Below, in pieces: positions 58,309 through 64,000 of a stretch of 64,000 nt of DNA. Below the pieces are notes generated by a model, which searched no databases, was not told where the DNA came from, and was given only the letters and a program-made list of their open reading frames with translations. The position numbers were made by a program, and so were the translations under genes. Position 1 is the stretch's first letter. The number at the start of each line of letters is the position of its first letter. Source of the stretch: Candidatus Bathyarchaeota archaeon (GTDB taxonomy: Archaea > Thermoproteota > Bathyarchaeia > 40CM-2-53-6); the NCBI GenBank assembly GCA_005888635.1, contig VBAW01000019.1, positions 18,776 to 82,775 on the forward strand, given 5' to 3'.

Positions 58309-59106
58309 TTGACGCAAAGAACCAGCAAAGCGTCCGGGAGGAAAGAGCTCGAAGAGCTGATCCAAACATGTAATTCTATTGAGAACCGTCAATTCAATCC
58401 CTTCCTCCTCGACGTGTCCGAAGCACTCAGAATCATTAGGCGACACGCGGCGAGCTGGCAGACGCTACAGGACAACCTTCTAGACATGCGAGCCATTACC
58501 AGCCTCGCGAGAGTAGTAGGGCTCCAGAGCGCTAATCTCAGATTCCAATCCAGCTCACTGTTCGTCGATCCTAGCATGGTCAAGCAGAAGATTGGATCAA
58601 TGTCGAGAGAACAACTGGCCGAACTCCTTCTACTATCATGGCATCCCGTGGTAGAACTCGAGCAGTTGACGGATGCGTCCACTAAGGAAGCTCTGGATTA
58701 TTGGCAGCAGATGCTGTCCTTCTTTGAAAGGCGCAAGAGACTTGCAGCTGGACCCTTCGAAACTCCGGGATCGATGGATTCACCGGAGCTGGCGAGGATG
58801 AGAGTTCTTGAAGAGAAGGCGTTCACTAAGCGCTTGGAAGAGTTACGGATAGAGATGAAGGAGAAAGCAGGAGAGGATAAGCGAATAGAGTATTGGAGCT
58901 TTGTCAGAACGAGTAATTTCCCTCAGACAGTTCTTCGCGCTCAAATGGTCAGCTTCCTCATCAGCTACGGAATGGCCGCGTTGGATAGGAAGAGAGAGAA
59001 AATGTTCTTGATACCCCGCGACCCACCATTCGCGTCCCGGCAGGGATCACCGCTCAGCTATCCCATACCAATCACTAAGGAGGTTGTTCTGTCACGGGCG
59101 AAGTAA
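58309..59106 (+). CDS. Putative kleisin-like (ScpA-like) partner of the SMC-like ATPase
   Basis: Starts 3 nt after the SMC-like gene. The size (265 aa) and a weak N-terminal resemblance to ScpA (FNPFLLDVSEAL) are the only support. Confidence 0.35.
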   Translation: MTQRTSKASGRKELEELIQTCNSIENRQFNPFLLDVSEALRIIRRHAASWQTLQDNLLDMRAITSLARVVGLQSANLRFQSSSLFVDPSMVKQKIGSMSREQLAELLLLSWHPVVELEQLTDASTKEALDYWQQMLSFFERRKRLAAGPFETPGSMDSPELARMRVLEEKAFTKRLEELRIEMKEKAGEDKRIEYWSFVRTSNFPQTVLRAQMVSFLISYGMAALDRKREKMFLIPRDPPFASRQGSPLSYPIPITKEVVLSRAK

Positions 59107-59237
59107 AACCGGAGCAATCGTACTACCCAGAGCGTGTCAAACGAGCCGCGCACCTTCTTTTCTTCAAGAGAGGAAGGGTACCGGGCGCCAGATCGTGGGA
59201 GCTGAAGACAGGTCTTGGCAAAGAGTATCTGAAAGTC

Positions 59238-59777
59238 TTGACGCAACTTGACGAGAGCTTGAAGGATCTAGACCTAGAGGTCAAGAAAGTCGAGTCACGG
59301 GTTCTCAGCGACTACAAGCCAGGACCCGATGCAGAAGAAGAATCCAGATACTTCGTCAGACTGAAAGGAACCCTGACTCCTCGAGAGGCGAGGATGACAG
59401 GGTGGAGAATCGACAACTTAGCTGCCCTGGCAGCTTGCTTGTCAGTTATTGTCTCAAAACAGGGAAAGAGTGAACGAAAAGAGCTCGAAGAGATAATTGG
59501 ACAGAAAGTGGGACGTTGGAGAGCGATCACCCTTACGGACGCTTTCCTGCGCTCCGGCTACCTCGAAGAAGACGAGGAGGGTCTCGTTAAGCTTGGTTGG
59601 CGCACGAGAGCCGAACTCGACCTCGAGAGTCTGATGATGTTAATCGCCGAATCAAAGCCCAAAGGAGTTATTGACCCAGATTCCGCAGAAACTGCGGAAG
59701 CCTCTGAGGAAGAAGACGCCGCGCGAGAAGTGGAAGCTGAGGGTCTTGAGCAGGATCAGGCTTCGACGGACGCTTGA
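59238..59777 (+). CDS. Putative ScpB-like winged-helix protein; the homology seems to extend upstream to ~59110 without a canonical start
   Basis: The in-frame upstream translation ERVKRAAHLLFFKRGRVPGARSWELKTGLGKEYLKVL resembles the first wH of ScpB (EALLF...PLSL.EL). The acidic C-terminus is also ScpB-like. Confidence 0.35.
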   Translation: MTQLDESLKDLDLEVKKVESRVLSDYKPGPDAEEESRYFVRLKGTLTPREARMTGWRIDNLAALAACLSVIVSKQGKSERKELEEIIGQKVGRWRAITLTDAFLRSGYLEEDEEGLVKLGWRTRAELDLESLMMLIAESKPKGVIDPDSAETAEASEEEDAAREVEAEGLEQDQASTDA

Positions 59778-60154
59778 AGCCGACCTAGATACTTGGCTCC
59801 TTGCGGCGCAGACTTGGCACAATACTGGTCAAAGGGCAGAATCTTCTCGTCCCATTCTGACATCGTGTCTGGCTCGAAGCTCAGCGACCCATTATCCTCA
59901 TGAGTCGTCCCCCAGACCAGCATGTATCTACGATCGCCGTACCCACCACCGGGCAGCCCTGTTATGTGATTGAATAGGACATTTACTCTCTTGCCATCAA
60001 GCTTCGATGGCTGGGCAGGTTTCTGAAGCACTATCTTCTTGTCCGGTAATATTTTGAAATCGGTCGACACGCTGAACGGATATCCATCTTCCCCAACCAA
60101 GGTTATGACTGCGTATCTGAAATTCCCGAGCCGATGATAATCCAATTTCCTCAT
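59756..60154 (-). CDS. Pyridoxamine 5'-phosphate oxidase-like FMN-binding split-barrel protein
   Basis: GNFRYAVITLVGEDGYPFSVSTDFKIL is PNPOx-like. Start taken at the internal Met to avoid an 80-nt overlap. Confidence 0.45.
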   Translation of the reverse strand: MRKLDYHRLGNFRYAVITLVGEDGYPFSVSTDFKILPDKKIVLQKPAQPSKLDGKRVNVLFNHITGLPGGGYGDRRYMLVWGTTHEDNGSLSFEPDTMSEWDEKILPFDQYCAKSAPQGAKYLGRLQASVEA

Positions 60155-60158
60155 CCTT

Positions 60159-60629
60159 CTAGGCTCCGAACACTTCTGGCGATCTTGATGTATCGCCATT
60201 CTTCCAAGCGAGTATCTTCTTAGGCTCGACTTGGACAACTATCCGCTTCCAGAACCAGCCGAATTTTTCTCTCTCGGCCAAGTAAGCATCAATGTATGGC
60301 TCTTTCTTCCGCCAGTAGCCGAGATACTTTTCCCACCCGTGGTCAAGGTCAGAGTCGTCAGCGTGAGCCATGCCTTGAACAAGTACGGCGTGTTTTCCGG
60401 CCTTGGACCCTTCGGGGTTTGAGAATAGAAGTGAGACCTTCGGGTTTTGTCTCACATTCTCGGCCTTTTTCGAGAATAGAATACTGGAGGTCACCACGAA
60501 TTTTCCTGAATCTGGGAGATAGAAAGGCAACAAAGGTAGAGTCACGGGTTTTCCGGATTTGACGGTTGTGAATTCGCAGACAAGATAGCTATCGAAGGTT
60601 TCACGGACCCATGCTGGAACTGGAATCAA
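60159..60629 (-). CDS. Pyridoxamine 5'-phosphate oxidase-like FMN-binding protein
   Basis: 156 aa with a split-barrel pattern (VCEFTTVKSGKPVTLPLLPFY...VSLLFSNPEG). Confidence 0.6.
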   Translation of the reverse strand: MIPVPAWVRETFDSYLVCEFTTVKSGKPVTLPLLPFYLPDSGKFVVTSSILFSKKAENVRQNPKVSLLFSNPEGSKAGKHAVLVQGMAHADDSDLDHGWEKYLGYWRKKEPYIDAYLAEREKFGWFWKRIVVQVEPKKILAWKNGDTSRSPEVFGA

Positions 60630-60779
60630 ATCGCTTCTAGCTTGGTGCAGGCTGGCTGAACGATTTAACGTTCATGTTTGGATATTCTTGGCCGATATCA
60701 ACTAGAGCAACTATTCCCAATGGAATAAAAGAGAAGCATAAATATGACGTATGGTATGTCCCACGACCGGATATAACGT

Positions 60780-61655
60780 ATGTCATATACACATCCCGAA
60801 GTACTAGTCAGCACAGACTGGGTGCAAGAACACCTCAATGACCCCAAAGTACGCATCGTCGAAGTAGACTACGACCCCATAGCAAACTACCAACTCGGAC
60901 ACATTCCAGGCGCGGTCCTCTTCGACTGGCGCAAAGACCTCAACCATCCACTACAACGAGACATCCTCTCGAAAGAACAGCTGGAACAGCTCTTCAGAAA
61001 GTCCGGGATAGGCAACGACACCAAGATAGCGCTCTACGGCGATTTCAACAACTGGTTCGCAGCCTACGCCTACTGGGATCTCCAATACTATGGCGTCAAG
61101 AACGCGGTACTCATCAACGGTGGACGCAAGAAATGGATCGACGAGGACAAACCTCTAACCAAGGACATCCCTCAACATGCCCCAACAAAATTCCAAGCAT
61201 CCAACCCAGACGAGACCATCAGAGTCTATCTCCGACAGGCGCTCGACCTCCACAACAAGACGAACGTCAAATTCGTCGACGTCAGAAGCCCGAAAGAGTT
61301 CAGCGGCGAAGTTCTAGCACCTCCCGAATACCCTACGGAACACGCACAGCGCGGCGGCCACATACCGGGCGCAGTCAACATACCATGGAGCCAAGCCGTC
61401 AGGGAAGACGGCACATTCAAGCCCTATGAGGATATCAAGAAACTCTACGAAGCCCAAGGCGTAACCGGTGACAAGGACATCGTAGCCTACTGCCGCATCG
61501 GAGAACGATCCAGCTTCAGCTGGTTTGTTCTCAAATATCTGCTGGGATACCCGAAGGTCCGGAACTACGACGGTTCTTGGACAGAATGGGGAAACCTAGT
61601 TCGAAACCCGATAGAGAAACCAGCAACCGCCATCGCACAAACAGTGTCTGCATAG
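60780..61655 (+). CDS. Tandem-rhodanese thiosulfate/3-mercaptopyruvate sulfurtransferase
   Basis: Two rhodanese domains. The second has the active-site loop YCRIGERSS (CRxGxR). Confidence 0.85.
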   Translation: MSYTHPEVLVSTDWVQEHLNDPKVRIVEVDYDPIANYQLGHIPGAVLFDWRKDLNHPLQRDILSKEQLEQLFRKSGIGNDTKIALYGDFNNWFAAYAYWDLQYYGVKNAVLINGGRKKWIDEDKPLTKDIPQHAPTKFQASNPDETIRVYLRQALDLHNKTNVKFVDVRSPKEFSGEVLAPPEYPTEHAQRGGHIPGAVNIPWSQAVREDGTFKPYEDIKKLYEAQGVTGDKDIVAYCRIGERSSFSWFVLKYLLGYPKVRNYDGSWTEWGNLVRNPIEKPATAIAQTVSA

Positions 61656-61703
61656 ACCAAGAACCCTCTAATCCCGCCTTTCTTTTCCCGGCGGGCCTTC
61701 TTT

Positions 61704-62369
61704 CTAACGCACTTTCTTAACGATGAAATGGAACAGGTTTCCTTCCTTCCTCCAATCCAGGAGGTTCTGGCCGGTCCTTTCAGACCAAGCAACCATCTCG
61801 ACGTAGGCCGTTTGATCATCTGAAACCAAGTGGACCACTTCGCCCGCTGGTATGGTTGCTAACAGGTCGTTCAGCCGGATCAGGACTGCAGAGCACTCTG
61901 TGCCGATCTCAGACATTTCATGATCCGGAAACGCCTTGAAACAGCGCACGTGAAACTCCGCGATCTTCTTGGCCAATAGAGTCTTTGACTCGGTACTCTT
62001 CGACAGTAGAATCCGCTCCAATGCGAGATGAGATGGCTTGAGACTCGCAACCCAGCCCTCTTGGTAGGGCGAGTCGTTGATGATCCTCGGCCGATCGACA
62101 ATCAAACCATTTGTTTTTAGAAGAATGCCTGAAACGGGCGAAGGAACTGGACCGACAAACTTTAGACTCTCAAGAGTTCCTAGGCTTTGGCCCCGCTGAA
62201 TTGCGACTTCCGGTGATTTGAGCCGCGCGTGGGTAAGCCTGCCAGCTATTGCTGGCAGCACGCTGGTGACTCCTACCGTAACCTCACCATTTTCTTCAAT
62301 ACGCAACCAAGTGTTGTTCTCCAAGTCGTAAAGGAGGTCATCCGGGAAGACGCAGTGATCTATCTCCAA
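61704..62369 (-). CDS. Fusion protein: N-terminal GcvH/lipoyl-carrier-like domain plus C-terminal TusA-like domain
   Basis: The N-terminal ~110 aa (WLRIEENGEVTVGVTS...LESLKFVGPVPSPVSG...DSPYQEGW) match the GcvH fold with a Lys at the lipoyl position. The C-terminal ~90 aa (GTECSAVLIRLNDLLATIPAGEVVHLVSDDQTAYVEMVAW...FHFIVKK) are TusA-like, with a Cys but no CPxP. Confidence 0.55.
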   Translation of the reverse strand: MEIDHCVFPDDLLYDLENNTWLRIEENGEVTVGVTSVLPAIAGRLTHARLKSPEVAIQRGQSLGTLESLKFVGPVPSPVSGILLKTNGLIVDRPRIINDSPYQEGWVASLKPSHLALERILLSKSTESKTLLAKKIAEFHVRCFKAFPDHEMSEIGTECSAVLIRLNDLLATIPAGEVVHLVSDDQTAYVEMVAWSERTGQNLLDWRKEGNLFHFIVKKVR

Positions 62370-62521
62370 TAAGTTTTCACCCCTCGAATTTCCAGTTCTC
62401 GCGACTCTCTACAAGGATCACCCTTTGCCGGGTTAGTATTAGTTATTGGACTGATTCCGGGAAACGTATAATAGAGAATCCGGGAGTTCGAGCTATCTCT
62501 TCGAGAAGATAGGTAACACCG

Positions 62522-64000
62522 TTGCCCCGATTCAAGAGTTCAGCGGACATTCTCAAAATCGTCTCCAACAAGGACCAAGTCCGCAACATCGGCATCATCG
62601 CCCATGTCGACCACGGCAAGTGTATAGGCGGAGACAGTCTGGTAACCCTATCCGACGGTCAGATCGAGGAGATCGCCAAGGTCTACTCAGAACTAAAGAG
62701 AATAGGGCCGGCCCCACTCCAAGTCGACTCACTGAATCCCAACACCCTGATGATCGAGGACAGGAATGTCTCTAGAGTCTGGAAACTTCACAGCGACAAG
62801 CTAGTCAAAGTAACCCTTCGGAACGGCTACTCGGTAGAGACAACCCCGGAACATCCCTTCTACTCACTCGGACGAAATGGAAAAGTTACACAGAAAAGGG
62901 CAGATAGGATCGGTAAGGGCGACTTTGTTCTTGTTCCAAACATTCTGAAGTCGCAACGGACGGGACTGAAAAAGATCAGATCCGAGATTTTGGAGGAGCT
63001 TGCTTCCCGCAGTTACTATATCGCCTACCTCGACAAGAGATTCTCCAAGCTACTCAGAGAAACTGTACGCAAGAAGGGAGTCAAGGACATTCATTCAAGA
63101 CTACGAACAAGCTCTTCGTTCAGTGCCTTCAAAGGAGCCCTTGAAAACGGTCGCGTCCGAATAGACGACCTTGTTGGCCTAGCCAGATTACTCGGCCTAA
63201 ACGAGAGCCATGTCTACGATCAGATTGCGAGTATTGGGTATCGCGCCAGCAAAGTAAAACCAGGCAGACTCTCATGTCTTGTCAAGCTTCCCCGGACGAA
63301 GAGGCAATTCGAAGATCTCTCTTACCTCTTGGGTCTTCTCTGGGGAGACGGCTCGACCAGGGCCTCCTTCAATAATGGATACGGACCACTTCTCAAGTCC
63401 GTTTCCCGCCTCTTCTACACAATCTTCGGCGTCGACAGTGTCCTCGTCAAGGACAAGAGAAACAATACCTTCAGACTGGACCACCATGGCGGCCTCAGCC
63501 TCATAAAATTCCTTGAAGATACGTTTCAGTATCCTTCAAAACACAAAGCGCACGAACTCATTTTCCCGAGACTAGTCCTGAAATTGGGGAACAAATCCGT
63601 TGCCTCCTTCCTCAGGGGGGAATTCGATACCGACGGTGGAGTCGAGAGAACCAGTGCCATAGTCTCACTAACGACAGCCAGTAAGAAATTCGCGCGGCAA
63701 GTGGCGATCGCACTGCTGAGATTCTCCATCATTCCAACTATCCGTGAGAGGAGGAGGTACTTCACACTCTCAATCTCTGGAGAAGACACTCGGAAATTCG
63801 AGGAGAATATTGGATTCACGATACCTAGGAAACGCAGGGCTCTTCGCATTCTTGCACGAAAAGCCGTCATTAATCGAAAGACGGGAATCGTCCCTATCGA
63901 CTGGCGAAACCTCAGAAGGGTGCGAAGCGAACTCGGGATCACTTCAAGATACGTGGAATCCAGGATACCGTTCTACCGAAGCTATGAATCAGGCAGACAA
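62522..64000 (+). CDS. fusA: Elongation factor 2 (aEF-2), 5' partial, interrupted by an intein after the P-loop GK; continues beyond the window
   Basis: TTG start. PRFKSSADILKIVSNKDQVRNIGIIAHVDHGK matches the crenarchaeal aEF-2 N-terminus MPRYKTVEQVLSLMKD.RVRNIGIIAHVDHGK(TT). A Cys then begins the intein. Confidence 0.8.
   Translation, partial: MPRFKSSADILKIVSNKDQVRNIGIIAHVDHGKCIGGDSLVTLSDGQIEEIAKVYSELKRIGPAPLQVDSLNPNTLMIEDRNVSRVWKLHSDKLVKVTLRNGYSVETTPEHPFYSLGRNGKVTQKRADRIGKGDFVLVPNILKSQRTGLKKIRSEILEELASRSYYIAYLDKRFSKLLRETVRKKGVKDIHSRLRTSSSFSAFKGALENGRVRIDDLVGLARLLGLNESHVYDQIASIGYRASKVKPGRLSCLVKLPRTKRQFEDLSYLLGLLWGDGSTRASFNNGYGPLLKSVSRLFYTIFGVDSVLVKDKRNNTFRLDHHGGLSLIKFLEDTFQYPSKHKAHELIFPRLVLKLGNKSVASFLRGEFDTDGGVERTSAIVSLTTASKKFARQVAIALLRFSIIPTIRERRRYFTLSISGEDTRKFEENIGFTIPRKRRALRILARKAVINRKTGIVPIDWRNLRRVRSELGITSRYVESRIPFYRSYESGRQ
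62621..64000 (+). mobile_element. Intein with LAGLIDADG homing-endonuclease domain inserted in the aEF-2 P-loop (C-terminal end beyond the window)
   Basis: Block A CIGGDSLVTLSDG follows directly after HGK. LAGLIDADG motifs are YLLGLLWGDGS and SFLRGEFDTDGG. No stop codon occurs through the end of the window. Confidence 0.8.

Overview
This 64 kb window comes from an archaeal chromosome. The markers are TFB with its conserved upstream gar1 neighbour, an aEF-2 whose N-terminus closely resembles crenarchaeal EF-2 and whose P-loop is split by a LAGLIDADG intein, a Hanks-type kinase, and oligo-T terminators. GC content is about 52 percent and no rRNA, CRISPR array or convincing tRNA was found. Coordinates 0-17 kb hold housekeeping and accessory genes: an S9 peptidase, a cupin, BNR-repeat and cupredoxin surface proteins, a Doc-like toxin, an HTH_10 regulator, Hsp20, an Lrp/AsnC RAM-domain protein and RNase III. 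Coordinates 17.4-41 kb look like an accessory island. It is punctuated by at least eight copies of a 130-280 bp repeat. On its reverse strand the repeat carries an ATG plus the conserved first ~22 codons of a DUF559/Vsr-like endonuclease. One copy still heads a full 112-aa DUF559-like ORF. In the 26-34.5 kb segment the repeats separate toxin-antitoxin-like modules in an integron-like cassette arrangement: DUF4258/DUF2283, retropepsin-like protease plus partner, the DUF559 gene, antitoxin/RelE, and MNT/HEPN with a decayed tandem duplicate. Two copies in inverted orientation flank a membrane-anchored UvrD-like helicase that has an internal PD-(D/E)xK insertion. The island also holds a second S9 peptidase, VOC and O-methyltransferase genes, a DsrE-like protein, tandem ArsA/Get3-type ATPases and CstA. 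The 41-64 kb stretch contains a compact Arn-like phospho-signalling locus: a membrane Hanks kinase divergent from a translationally coupled zinc-ribbon-FHA / PPP phosphatase / vWA operon. It also contains several zinc-ribbon membrane proteins, TFB-Gar1, a mini SMC-like ATPase coupled to kleisin-like and ScpB-like genes, PNPOx-like proteins, and a sulfur-trafficking set of rhodanese plus a GcvH-TusA-like fusion. The window ends inside the intein-containing aEF-2. All functional calls rest on motif recognition in the translated ORFs, with no database search.
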